Of a DNA stretch of 64,000 bases, positions 31,476-40,920 are shown one piece after another. A program made the translations under genes and the position numbers. Location of the stretch: positions 62,001-126,000 of IMG/VR virus record IMGVR_UViG_3300020477_001008, one strand, 5' to 3'. The notes beneath the pieces were generated by a model, which had not been told where the DNA came from, did not search any database, and saw only the letters and a program-made list of their open reading frames with translations. Each line of letters begins with the position of its first letter. Within the stretch, counting starts at the first letter, position 1.

Positions 31476-32609
31476 TTATGTTTGAATATGTAAGTTGGGA
31501 TCACCACTTTGTTTTTGTATTACAGTATTAGACGACTTCCATTTACCATTTTCACAACTTCTCCAACATCTACGTAACTCACGTTTTTTTGTAGTCCACG
31601 CATCAGTAATTTCTTTCCAAGCTGGCTGGTGCCAAATTTCCATTAATGAACGTGTATTAAAGTTGTTAAAATCGTTTTTGTAATGTTCTACTAGCCATTC
31701 TTCTTTTCTTGCTAATTGATGTATTGATAAATCATATTCCTCTGACAAATAACAACAAGGCCATATTCTACCTTTAGGATTCAAATACATTCTATGGTCG
31801 TCAATACCTCTGCAAGAAATACAAGTTTCTTCTTTTACTTTTAGTTGTTTAAAAACTTCTTTTTTAATCTCTTCAGTTTTCTTTGTTTTTATTTCTTCAA
31901 CTTCTTTAACTCTTTCAATTCTTTTTTCAGGTTTTTTCTTTGCAACTTTTACAGCTTCTTGATAATCTTCTTCTGGTGGTGGCTCTCTAGTTGTAACTTC
32001 AGCTGAAAAATGTGCAAATCCTAATTTTCTTGATAAGGCTTCTGCTTCTTCTACTTGGTGTTCGTTGTGATCAAATATTAACATTTTCCACTCAGCTAAT
32101 CCGCCAGCATTAATATAAGCTTCAACGTTTTGAATTAATTTGTCCCAATCAACTTTTCTTCTATATAAATGATTAGTATCTTTTAATCCATCAATAGAGA
32201 AAGTTATACGTGTTGATCCTATATCCCAATTTGATGATCCTTTGCGTTTAGATGTTTCTCCTAGATTACGCCAAAAGTCAGTTGTACGTCCTCCACCATT
32301 AGTATGAACTCCAACGTTCTTGAAATTTTCTGATGCATATTGATATAAAAATTCAAATTCAGGGTGCATTAAAGAATCGCCATAATTTCCACAGTACCAA
32401 ACATTGACTTTATCAGCTCCTTGAAATAAATCAAACTGTTCTTTCATTTTTTCTAATAAATGAGTAGGTAAATGTTCTAAAGCTAGATCTTCTATAACGT
32501 CACTTGTACCTGGCTTATGTCTAGAGCAATACGGACACCCTGCGTTACAAAAGGTCGTAGGCTCTACCTCAATCGTATGTATATGCTGTGGTTTAATTAA
32601 TGAAAACAT
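31476..32609 (-). CDS. Radical SAM protein with C-terminal SPASM/twitch domain
   Basis: CNAGCPYC, GNYGD, HTNGG, FSIDG; C-terminal C...G.IWPCC...CWRSC. Confidence 0.88.
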   Translation of the reverse strand: MFSLIKPQHIHTIEVEPTTFCNAGCPYCSRHKPGTSDVIEDLALEHLPTHLLEKMKEQFDLFQGADKVNVWYCGNYGDSLMHPEFEFLYQYASENFKNVGVHTNGGGRTTDFWRNLGETSKRKGSSNWDIGSTRITFSIDGLKDTNHLYRRKVDWDKLIQNVEAYINAGGLAEWKMLIFDHNEHQVEEAEALSRKLGFAHFSAEVTTREPPPEEDYQEAVKVAKKKPEKRIERVKEVEEIKTKKTEEIKKEVFKQLKVKEETCISCRGIDDHRMYLNPKGRIWPCCYLSEEYDLSIHQLARKEEWLVEHYKNDFNNFNTRSLMEIWHQPAWKEITDAWTTKKRELRRCWRSCENGKWKSSNTVIQKQSGDPNLHIQT

Positions 32610-32619
32610 TTGTTAGTAT

Positions 32620-33312
32620 TTAAGCAAATTGGATATTAAATGAAATCGGCCAATGCCCGTAGCTAGACTCTTCTTTTTCACATTTAATCACGTCAATGTT
32701 GCTAATTTTAATATTACTGTTCTGTGTTGTTAATATTTTATCTAAACTGGCATTGTAATTATTTTTATTAGTAAATGTTCCAAAGTCTTTTAAATGATTT
32801 TTTATATTTCTTTCTTTTAAACTTAAAACTTTTTGTTGTTCAATTTCGCTATCTTCAAAATGTAAATCTGTTAAAATTAATGTATTATCATCAATCATTG
32901 AAAGTAATTCTTTACCTTGTTCATAATAAATTTTATAAGGCACTCTGCCAGAATCAAAGCTATTAATCATTTCACTTTTTTGTAGTATTGGTTCTTCAGG
33001 ATCAGGATAGCAAATTGAACTATTAATAATTTTGTATTTTCCTAATTTTAATGTTTGCCAATATTGTCCTTGGGTTTCATCTGTTAGATTTTTAATATGG
33101 TAATTGAATTGCCCAACTTCTACATCTAATTTATTATTTTTATCAATAATACACAGTCCACGTTTTCCATAATTGTTAGTGTAATGATAATTGTAATCTT
33201 TATCTCTTACGTCTTTAGTAAAACGTTCTTTCCATCGTTGTAAAAAATAAATGTCACTATTGAATTGTAGTGCATCGACCTCCCCATTCCAACTAAACAT
33301 TAAAGCTTTCAT
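32620..33312 (-). CDS. Degenerate EEP (exonuclease/endonuclease/phosphatase)-fold protein
   Basis: Motif order SWN...DIYFLQR...LTDLH...LDKI...GHWP mirrors EEP SWNV/LQE/GDFN/DY/SDHxP with several catalytic residues changed. Confidence 0.45.
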   Translation of the reverse strand: MKALMFSWNGEVDALQFNSDIYFLQRWKERFTKDVRDKDYNYHYTNNYGKRGLCIIDKNNKLDVEVGQFNYHIKNLTDETQGQYWQTLKLGKYKIINSSICYPDPEEPILQKSEMINSFDSGRVPYKIYYEQGKELLSMIDDNTLILTDLHFEDSEIEQQKVLSLKERNIKNHLKDFGTFTNKNNYNASLDKILTTQNSNIKISNIDVIKCEKEESSYGHWPISFNIQFA

Positions 33313-33950
33313 TACCAATATTTACTTTGCCTGTAATAAAGTACTCTTGTAGGATCAACATTTTCTCCATTATGGCTATGTTCTATAATTGCGTTAGTAG
33401 GTTTCCATACGTATGATTCGTCAATGTAATAACTGTAAATGTATTGTAGCATATCTGATTTAGGAGAATCGTGAAACAATAGTTCTTTTTCTAAAGTTAA
33501 TTTTTTATAGTCTTCGTCATTGAACCAACTATTATCTCCTACAATATAAGTTCTTTTGTGTTGAAATAATTTATTAATTGCTTTGTCGTTTACATCGTGG
33601 GTCCAATAGTAATGTTTGAATCCATTTTCTTTTGCCCAAGCAATTTGATGTTTCATCATTTTAAATCCATAGCGACCGTGTCTATGTTTTTTAAGTATAT
33701 GATATCTACATTTTCTAATTGATTCTGGTGTACCTGTAATAAAACTTCTTTCAGCATAACTTATACTAGCAACTTCATCATTAACTAATGCTATCCAAAG
33801 ACTACTTTTTTCATCTAAACTATCTAAATCAAATTTCTTTTGAGTATATGTTCCGGCACTACCTTCTGCTTTAGCTTTTTCAAGAAATTGTTCTACTAAT
33901 TCTTTATGTGATGAATTATATTGTATTATACTTTCCATTCTCCTACCCAA
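33312..33950 (-). CDS. GNAT-like acetyltransferase
   Basis: YHILKKHRHGRYG...WAKENG resembles acetyl-CoA-binding motif A. Confidence 0.55.
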   Translation of the reverse strand: MGRRMESIIQYNSSHKELVEQFLEKAKAEGSAGTYTQKKFDLDSLDEKSSLWIALVNDEVASISYAERSFITGTPESIRKCRYHILKKHRHGRYGFKMMKHQIAWAKENGFKHYYWTHDVNDKAINKLFQHKRTYIVGDNSWFNDEDYKKLTLEKELLFHDSPKSDMLQYIYSYYIDESYVWKPTNAIIEHSHNGENVDPTRVLYYRQSKYW

Positions 33951-34579
33951 TCTTTAAACCATTTTAAAAATTCATCTTTATTTTCTATTATATTAAGTTT
34001 TTCATCGTTGCTTTTTGGATTTTGTCGTATCATTATTTCACCATTGTTAGGAAAGTCTGGTAACTCTTCAAACCAAACAGTACGTTCAATGTTTAATTTA
34101 CTTTCACGTTTTTTTAAATCTTCTATACGCCATACTAAATTATCAAACCATTCTTTTTTATAATTAAATGTTTGCCCTTTTTCTAATCCATTAATGCCAT
34201 TATTCTTTTTCCAATCAGGATACCAATACCATTTAAAAGTTGTCCATCCTATTCCGTAACTTATAAATTGCCCAAGTAAATCTTTTCTTTTAACTAAAAC
34301 AATAGGTTTTTGATAAACAAAGTCCCAAATATATTTGCTCATATCAGGACCTGAGTGCATTTTAAATATATAATCAGGTGGTAGTTCTCTTATTCTTTTT
34401 TGTGTTTCGTTATCTATACCTTCAATATCGCCAAGGTCAGGCCAATCAGGATAGTCTGGCTCAAAGTACTCAAATAATCTGTGTTCAGAAAGTGCAATAC
34501 ATTGAGGATATTCATTTGCATACCATTTAGTAACAAAGCTTGTTCCACTTCTTGGAGTACCTATAATAATTTTATGCAT
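33926..34579 (-). CDS. Sulfotransferase (Stf0-like)
   Basis: IIGTPRSGTSFV (5'-PSB loop), EYF, KRKDLLGQFISY (3'-PB). Confidence 0.75.
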   Translation of the reverse strand: MHKIIIGTPRSGTSFVTKWYANEYPQCIALSEHRLFEYFEPDYPDWPDLGDIEGIDNETQKRIRELPPDYIFKMHSGPDMSKYIWDFVYQKPIVLVKRKDLLGQFISYGIGWTTFKWYWYPDWKKNNGINGLEKGQTFNYKKEWFDNLVWRIEDLKKRESKLNIERTVWFEELPDFPNNGEIMIRQNPKSNDEKLNIIENKDEFLKWFKDWVGEWKV

Positions 34580-35009
34580 TGTTTCCTATCGTGTTTAATG
34601 TACCAACAATGGTATCAATCCACCCTTCAGCATTTTTTTCTTTAATAATAATATCTGCATCGTCACCATTAGCAACTATTGGTTTCTCAAACATTTCATT
34701 TGTATCTTCAAAGTCACTTGATTCAATAGTGTCTAACCATATTGTAAAATCAGCATTAAAAATTTTTCTTGTTTCAACTGTAGGACAAATAAAATCTGCA
34801 ACAACAATATGTCCTTCGTTTACTTTTCTATCAGCAAGTTGTTTCATACGTTCTGCTTGTTTTATTCTTCCTTCTTTACTATAATCAAAATTTTGATCAG
34901 TCTTTCTAACAACATCAGCATTAAGCCATTTTGCTTTTAATACTGGTACTAATTTTGAAGCTAAAGTAGTTTTGCCAGCACCTGACAAACCCATTATTAA
35001 TATTTTCAT
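34572..35009 (-). CDS. cysC: Adenylylsulfate (APS) kinase
   Basis: ILIMGLSGAGKTTLA, LNADVVR, DFICPT, FEKP. Confidence 0.82.
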   Translation of the reverse strand: MKILIMGLSGAGKTTLASKLVPVLKAKWLNADVVRKTDQNFDYSKEGRIKQAERMKQLADRKVNEGHIVVADFICPTVETRKIFNADFTIWLDTIESSDFEDTNEMFEKPIVANGDDADIIIKEKNAEGWIDTIVGTLNTIGNNA

Positions 35010-35770
35010 TTTTCTTTCTTTGATAATAACTTTATAAATTGATATCCTATATCAAGCTCCCACCATTTATATTTGAACGTTGCTTCTTGTGGTTTCCAAT
35101 GGTGATTATTATGCCAGCCTTCTCCCCACATTAATATTCCTAGTATAGGAATGTTTGTTGAGTTATCATCTGTATCGTGATTTCTATAACCAAACGTATG
35201 AGTTAATGTGTTAATAAATGATCCAGCATTCCATAATATCATTGCTGGAAATAGATAAGCGGCAACTAATAACATTGGGTCAATAAGATACCATATTATT
35301 GCTATTACTAAATGAATAGCAAAATACCAATTATGCAATATTAAATGAAACTTTGATCTAATTAATCTTATAACATATCTTGGGTTAGGTGTTTCAAACA
35401 TACTCAGCCATTGCACTCTAAAAAATCCTAAATGTTCAGGAGAGTGCGGATCACCTTCTTTATCAGTATGGTGATGATGTTCTTTATGTATTGCTACCCA
35501 ACCTATACTTGATCCTGTTAAACCATAAAAGCCACATAATGTTCCAAAGTATTCAAACCATTTAGGTGCCTTCCAGCTGTTATGACTTAACAATCTATGA
35601 TATGTCATAGTCATACCAAAACATCCAGTAACAAAATAAACTGCAAATCCAATTAACCAATGATGTAATGATCCATACATAATCATTGGAATAATTGATA
35701 AGTGAGTTATAATTTGTACTAAAAGAAGCAAGTATTGATCTCTAGTATATTTTTTCATTATTATTCCCAA
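35006..35770 (-). CDS. Membrane acyl-CoA/lipid desaturase (delta-9 type)
   Basis: Three His boxes HRLLSH, HKEHH, HNNHH; DPHSP; GEGWHNNHH; TM helices. Confidence 0.9.
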   Translation of the reverse strand: MGIIMKKYTRDQYLLLLVQIITHLSIIPMIMYGSLHHWLIGFAVYFVTGCFGMTMTYHRLLSHNSWKAPKWFEYFGTLCGFYGLTGSSIGWVAIHKEHHHHTDKEGDPHSPEHLGFFRVQWLSMFETPNPRYVIRLIRSKFHLILHNWYFAIHLVIAIIWYLIDPMLLVAAYLFPAMILWNAGSFINTLTHTFGYRNHDTDDNSTNIPILGILMWGEGWHNNHHWKPQEATFKYKWWELDIGYQFIKLLSKKEK

Positions 35771-35850
35771 TATTTTAGTCTATTATAATGATATTTATTG
35801 TATTTTACAACCGCAGATGTTACAATAAATATAAGAAAAGGAACAAAAAT

Positions 35851-36252
35851 ATGTATTGTATAGTATGGAGACATTATAATTTAAACGGTATAACGCCTTA
35901 TGTGGTTAGTAAGTATCCTAATGAGTGGGATTACTATCACCAACCAGAATTAAAGGATAAAAAACGTGGATATAAATTAAGACCAGATAATGCACATAAA
36001 ACAATGGGCGGAAAAGACGTAGAAGAGCTTGGAAAATTTTATAGAGAACAAGTTGCTAATGGAAACGTTGTTGCTAATAAAGTTATTGATATTGATTACA
36101 ATACTATTGAAGATACTTTAGTTTTTAAAAGTAAAGAAGCCTGTGATATATATTTGAAAAAATTGTCAGAAGTAGATTGGACAAAATCTGATCATACAAT
36201 TGTAATAGAAAAAGAGATTAAAAATTTAAAAGAGTTACCAGCATTTCAATAA
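35851..36252 (+). CDS. Hypothetical protein (probable start MYCIVW)
   Basis: AAAGGA SD before ATG 35851; TAAATA upstream; coupled to the next gene. Confidence 0.65.
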   Translation: MYCIVWRHYNLNGITPYVVSKYPNEWDYYHQPELKDKKRGYKLRPDNAHKTMGGKDVEELGKFYREQVANGNVVANKVIDIDYNTIEDTLVFKSKEACDIYLKKLSEVDWTKSDHTIVIEKEIKNLKELPAFQ

Positions 36253-37307
36253 TGAAATATAAGTTTTATGTAAAAGATTGTCCAGATGAGACTGTACCTC
36301 ATTGGTGGATAAAAGAAGAAACTAATTTGCAGTATTATATGGATAATATGAAACCAGTTAATACTGATAAAAAGTTTTTGTCTTTTACACACCCAAATAT
36401 TGACCTTTCTAAAGTACAACAATCTTGTAAATCTGCTTTTGAAAAATTTGGCTTCTTTGGTTTTTTAAACATATATGGTAAAGAAATGTTTAGAGATCCA
36501 ACGTACGGTGGATTAAGTTTAGTATATAATCCAAATTACAAATATAAAGATCAAGTAGAAAAAAATGCACAGACTTTAGGCTATCCTCGTAATAATATGG
36601 ATTTGAATTTCATATTAGAAAATTTAGATATTTGGAAAAAAACAATGGTAGCTGGTTTAGATAAAGACATTTGGAGAAAAACTACAGAAACAGGAACTCA
36701 TAGTGCTTTTAAATTTCTTTTTAGAAATAATGTAATTGATGAAGAAACATACAATAACCTTTGTAAAAAATATCCTGACCAAAAACAATTAAAGAAAAAA
36801 ATTCTTAAGAATACATATCAAGATAGTTGGGGATTTAACACACCCACTGATGTAATGAATCACGAATACCTTGCAGAGCTTACAAAACTTTTTAAAAGAA
36901 GTTTTATAAGAAGTAGATTAGCAAAACTACAACAACTAGATAATGACGAAGTAAGAAAAAATGTAAATGAATATATGTGGCACAGAGACGATTCTATTTT
37001 TATGGAAGCTAGAATTAATTTAAGTGTTACCTCACCAGAAGATGCATTTGGAATGGAAATTGAAGGAGATGGTCGTTATTATCTTCAACCTGGTAAATGG
37101 TATTCTTGGGATACTGGAATTACACATAGGCCTTTTGCTGACAAAACAAATTTAACTAGAACAAATTTAGTTTATGCAGTTAGTCCTTGGTTTGATTATA
37201 TTAAAGAAGAACAAGCTTGGGTATCAAATGAATTTTTTGGAGAGAAACATCCTGTTGATATGTTTATTGATGGAGATGTAGTTGAAGGTTTAAAATTTAT
37301 AGATTAA
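36252..37307 (+). CDS. AspH-like/cupin Fe(II)/2OG oxygenase
   Basis: RSRLA...WHRDD (HxD)...RIN...WDTGITHR...RTNLV. Confidence 0.6.
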   Translation: MKYKFYVKDCPDETVPHWWIKEETNLQYYMDNMKPVNTDKKFLSFTHPNIDLSKVQQSCKSAFEKFGFFGFLNIYGKEMFRDPTYGGLSLVYNPNYKYKDQVEKNAQTLGYPRNNMDLNFILENLDIWKKTMVAGLDKDIWRKTTETGTHSAFKFLFRNNVIDEETYNNLCKKYPDQKQLKKKILKNTYQDSWGFNTPTDVMNHEYLAELTKLFKRSFIRSRLAKLQQLDNDEVRKNVNEYMWHRDDSIFMEARINLSVTSPEDAFGMEIEGDGRYYLQPGKWYSWDTGITHRPFADKTNLTRTNLVYAVSPWFDYIKEEQAWVSNEFFGEKHPVDMFIDGDVVEGLKFID

Positions 37308-37953
37308 TTATTTTAATTGGTTCTTTTAAAACTGTTCCGTATTCAAATGTCTCATCGTGATGTTCAGTTGATTGCAACGTTTCATTAGCTTCGCCAATAC
37401 CTAACATTAATTCAACTCTTTTATCAATGCCTAACGTGTGCATCATTTTTTCGTGGTTAGAAAAACATTTGCAAAATCCAGTTTTGTATCCAATGCTACC
37501 TGCCATTATATTTGCGTATGCACTACTGATACCAACGTGCATAGAAACTAATTGTTCTGATAAAAAATGATAATCGTTTTGAACTTTTCGCATTAATGAA
37601 TGTTCTTCCTGATAAAACTCATCAGTTTTTCCTCTTGCTTCGTTGTTTGATCCTAAAGCTTTTTGAAATCTATTAACCCAAACTAAAACTAAAGGTGCAA
37701 GTATTTGAGAATTTTTGTGTTCTTTGCCACCAGCAATGGTATAACCTAATGTACAATCATATAATTCTCTTTTAATTGTATTGTCTGTAACACATATTAG
37801 ATCAAAATAGTTAATTCCGTTCTTTGTTGGTATGCTAATTGCAAAGTCAACTATTCTTTTAGTGTGGGGCTGAGGAAACGGTACACTGACATCCCAGTTT
37901 CTTTGAGTGTGTGAGGTAAGTTTGACTACTTTTTTTAATTGTTGCTCTAACAT
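37297..37953 (-). CDS. Nitroreductase-family flavoprotein
   Basis: SHTQRNWD, PTKNG, NSQILAP, GYKTGFCKCF, LMLGIG. Confidence 0.65.
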   Translation of the reverse strand: MLEQQLKKVVKLTSHTQRNWDVSVPFPQPHTKRIVDFAISIPTKNGINYFDLICVTDNTIKRELYDCTLGYTIAGGKEHKNSQILAPLVLVWVNRFQKALGSNNEARGKTDEFYQEEHSLMRKVQNDYHFLSEQLVSMHVGISSAYANIMAGSIGYKTGFCKCFSNHEKMMHTLGIDKRVELMLGIGEANETLQSTEHHDETFEYGTVLKEPIKIINL

Positions 37954-37974
37954 TAAAAGCTATTTATTATGATG

Positions 37975-38706
37975 TTAAGATTTGGCCCACTCTCTTTCCA
38001 AACACCACCAACATTTACCGCAACTTTGTTCAAGAATTGATTGATCACCTTCACAACTACGAGTAGTATTCCACAGGCCTACTATCTTGTAGTGCTTGTA
38101 TGAGCCCCATATCCATTTTTTATCCACAGATATCATTGGTGTATAATAATAAGTGTCATTAGCAAACCATTTGTTTGCATCATTGTCAGTATCTTGTAGT
38201 TTTTCCATAACAGGAGCGTCTTTATTTCTTTGATAAGTTATTATTTCACTCATAGAAAAAGGTAAACCTTCAGAATTAGTTGTTTGTCCTTCTTTCCAGT
38301 ATGGTGTAAGTTGATCTTCAGGTGGCCAACTAGTTCTACCTGATATAAACAAAGTAGGTTTATGAAGTAATGCTATTGCTTTCATATGTTTATACATCGA
38401 TGAAGTAATTGTTGCTTTTTGTCGAAATGTACACCAACTATAATCGTGATCAAATTTTGTATAATCAAAAATCCAATTTATTACTTTTAATGCGTGATAG
38501 AAGTTAAAATAATTTTTTGTTCTTCCAGAACTAGTATAGATTATAACTTTAAATTTATTATTTGTTTGTTTTTGATGTTGTAATATTTTCCATAACAATA
38601 ATGCACTATCGGCCCCGCCACTGCAACTAACACATATAGTTTTATGTTCTTCAGATATCTGAAGTTCAATACTTTTATCATTATGCGTACTTTTTATAGC
38701 AACCAT
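37975..38706 (-). CDS. QueC-like PP-loop ATPase
   Basis: SCSGGADSALL PP-loop; TRSCEG...CGKCWWCLER zinc site; probable start MVAIK 5 nt after TAAATA. Confidence 0.75.
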   Translation of the reverse strand: MVAIKSTHNDKSIELQISEEHKTICVSCSGGADSALLLWKILQHQKQTNNKFKVIIYTSSGRTKNYFNFYHALKVINWIFDYTKFDHDYSWCTFRQKATITSSMYKHMKAIALLHKPTLFISGRTSWPPEDQLTPYWKEGQTTNSEGLPFSMSEIITYQRNKDAPVMEKLQDTDNDANKWFANDTYYYTPMISVDKKWIWGSYKHYKIVGLWNTTRSCEGDQSILEQSCGKCWWCLEREWAKS

Positions 38707-38795
38707 ACAGCTATTTAACAAATTTGTAACAAATTTTAATAGTAATTCTTATACTAATAGGTTGAAATTTATTGGAAAGTATTATAATATAAATT

Positions 38796-38954
38796 ATGAA
38801 AAGAATAGTAAATGAAGTAGAAACGCCAGATGGAAAGTGGAGAGTTGTAGTCCGTGAAGATGGAACAATGGATTGTGTTAACCTACATCATATCCAAGGT
38901 AAGTATACTATGGAAGAGATATTAGAAGCTTTTAATAAATTAGAACAGGAATAA
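38796..38954 (+). CDS. 52-aa hypothetical protein (not in ORF track)
   Basis: MKRIVNEVETPDGKWRVVVREDG...; TTGAAA-N17-TAATAT promoter ends 5 nt upstream. Confidence 0.6.
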   Translation: MKRIVNEVETPDGKWRVVVREDGTMDCVNLHHIQGKYTMEEILEAFNKLEQE

Positions 38955-38957
38955 TAT

Positions 38958-39143
38958 ATGGGAAAGTTCCAAGGCATTAATAGAAATTATTCATCAACAG
39001 ATGAATACGGTGGAAAGTCACCTGAGCAAAGAGCAAAAGAATTAAAAAAGAAAATGGACGAGTTTTTAGCTAAAGGTGGCAAAGTAGAAAAATGTAAACC
39101 AATGAAGCCTACTAAAGAACAATTAAAAAGTTGGAAAATTTAA
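38958..39143 (+). CDS. Small protein with SutA-like RNAP-binding motif
   Basis: ELKKKMDEFLAKGGKVEK resembles the SutA core (MEEFLxxGGKV). Confidence 0.5.
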   Translation: MGKFQGINRNYSSTDEYGGKSPEQRAKELKKKMDEFLAKGGKVEKCKPMKPTKEQLKSWKI

Positions 39144-39398
39144 ATGGAAGACTTTACTAAAAGATTAGAAGAAATAAAATCTGAAAAAGCAAAATTAGAT
39201 CCTTTGCGTCCTCAGTTTTGCAAAACAAAAACTGATTGGGCAAAATTAGAAAAATGGTGGGAACTATCAAAAGAACAAAATCGAATTGAGAGTCAAATGT
39301 GGGAAATAGAAAAACATATAGAAGAAAATACTCTATCAACACCACTATCAGAATATGAAGCGATTGAAAAACAAACAAAAGACAACGATAAAGTTTAG
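39144..39398 (+). CDS. Hypothetical coiled-coil protein
   Basis: Abuts neighbouring genes in a tightly packed operon. Confidence 0.6.
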   Translation: MEDFTKRLEEIKSEKAKLDPLRPQFCKTKTDWAKLEKWWELSKEQNRIESQMWEIEKHIEENTLSTPLSEYEAIEKQTKDNDKV

Positions 39399-39573
39399 AG
39401 AAAAACTAATAATGACATTGGTTATTGTTATGTCATTTGCAGTAGTAGTTTTATCTTATTCAATTATCGATATGCAACAATCTATTTCTGAACTTTATGA
39501 AATACAATTAGAAAATAATGCAATGATGAATTTTTTTAAAATGTTATTAGGAGGTATAGGACCTAGTGTCTAA
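39355..39573 (+). CDS. Small membrane-anchored coiled-coil protein
   Basis: One TM segment followed by a coiled coil. Confidence 0.55.
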   Translation: MKRLKNKQKTTIKFREKLIMTLVIVMSFAVVVLSYSIIDMQQSISELYEIQLENNAMMNFFKMLLGGIGPSV

Positions 39574-39976
39574 GAAAATAGGCATCACGTTTTCAACTTT
39601 TGATTTGCTACACGCAGGTCATATTGCTATGCTTGAAGAAGCAAAATCAAAATGTGATTATTTGATAGTTGGTTTACAAAGTGATCCTACAATTGATAGG
39701 CCTGATACAAAGAATAAACCTATACAAACTATTTTTGAAAGGTACTTACAATTAAAAGCATTAAAATATGTTGATGAAATTATTCCTTATCAAACTGAAC
39801 AAGACTGTGAAGACATATTATCAACATTACCAATTAATATACGTATTATAGGTGAAGAATATAAAACCAAACCATTTACTGGTGCAGATATTTGTAAAAG
39901 AAGAAACATTGAAGTTTATTTTAATAAACGTGAACACAGATTTAGTTCAACAGATTTAAGAGAGAGAATAAAATAA
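39566..39976 (+). CDS. Glycerol-3-phosphate cytidylyltransferase-like (TagD family)
   Basis: FDLLHAGH (HxGH), YVDEII, RFSSTDLR. Confidence 0.85.
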   Translation: MSKKIGITFSTFDLLHAGHIAMLEEAKSKCDYLIVGLQSDPTIDRPDTKNKPIQTIFERYLQLKALKYVDEIIPYQTEQDCEDILSTLPINIRIIGEEYKTKPFTGADICKRRNIEVYFNKREHRFSSTDLRERIK

Positions 39977-40705
39977 ATGGGATATTACGACGATAAACAT
40001 AGCAGTCAAGAAGAAGTTGAAAAAGAACTACTTAAACATTGGCAACCAGAATGGCTTAAAGAAAAAAACATTTATGATTGGCTAAATGATGAAACAACAA
40101 TTCCTTATTTAGAATTAGATGTTTATGACAATATGCCTTGGCCTGAAATTTTTAAAGAAGCCCAAGCTGTTAAAGATCAATGCGTAATACATAGAGAATA
40201 TTCAGGAGGAGGAACTTGGTTAAGTGGTTGCTTACACGGGTTAGGTACAGAATATACTAATACTTGGGATAGTTATGAAGAGTTTAAGCATTTAACAGAA
40301 GAGCAAGTTGAGTATAAATGGACAACGTTATCTGAACAATGTCCGGTTACAACAAACTATTTTAAAAATATATTTCCTTTTAGAGAATATAAACGATTAA
40401 GGTTTATGTGGGTAGAACCGGGCGGTTATATTTTGCCACATAGAGATAATGACCATAGAACATTTTCTCCGGTTAATGTTTCAATTTATAATCCTCAAGG
40501 TTGTGAATTTAGATACAAAAATTGGGGTACTGTTCCATTTACAAATGGTAGTGCTTTTTTAATTGATGTAGGACAAGAACACGCAGTATGGAACAAATCA
40601 AATGAGGCAAGACTACATATCATTTGCCACGGTAGAAGAAAAAATCCAGAATGGAAGCAGTTGTTATTAAAAAGTTGGCAGAAATATGGCTATGGTAAAT
40701 ATTAG
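39977..40705 (+). CDS. Aspartyl/asparaginyl beta-hydroxylase-like oxygenase
   Basis: RLRFMWVEPGGYILPHRD (HxD)...EHAVWN.SNEARLHII. Confidence 0.78.
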   Translation: MGYYDDKHSSQEEVEKELLKHWQPEWLKEKNIYDWLNDETTIPYLELDVYDNMPWPEIFKEAQAVKDQCVIHREYSGGGTWLSGCLHGLGTEYTNTWDSYEEFKHLTEEQVEYKWTTLSEQCPVTTNYFKNIFPFREYKRLRFMWVEPGGYILPHRDNDHRTFSPVNVSIYNPQGCEFRYKNWGTVPFTNGSAFLIDVGQEHAVWNKSNEARLHIICHGRRKNPEWKQLLLKSWQKYGYGKY

Positions 40706-40725
40706 CACTTTAAAGGAGCAACAAA

Positions 40726-40920
40726 ATGATTAAAGAAGCATTAATTAAAAAACTAGAGGGTGATGTAGCGTCAGCAAGAGCAGACTTATTGGTGTTTTTA
40801 GAAAAACCTATGGGTGTTGCAGAGCATATTGATTATGTTGCTACAGCCGAAAAGAAACTTGAAGCATTAGCCACAGCTCAAGATAAATTAAATTCATTAA
40901 GAGATTTAGACAAAGAGTAG
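40726..40920 (+). CDS. Small hypothetical protein
   Basis: AAAGGAG SD; GVAEH.D motif in a helical hairpin. Confidence 0.7.
   Translation: MIKEALIKKLEGDVASARADLLVFLEKPMGVAEHIDYVATAEKKLEALATAQDKLNSLRDLDKE

Noticed and set aside
37975-38721. 7-deazaguanine DNA modification pathway inferred from the QueC-like gene
   Set aside because: No folE, queD, queE or dpdA is recognisable in the window; only the PP-loop/zinc fold is supported
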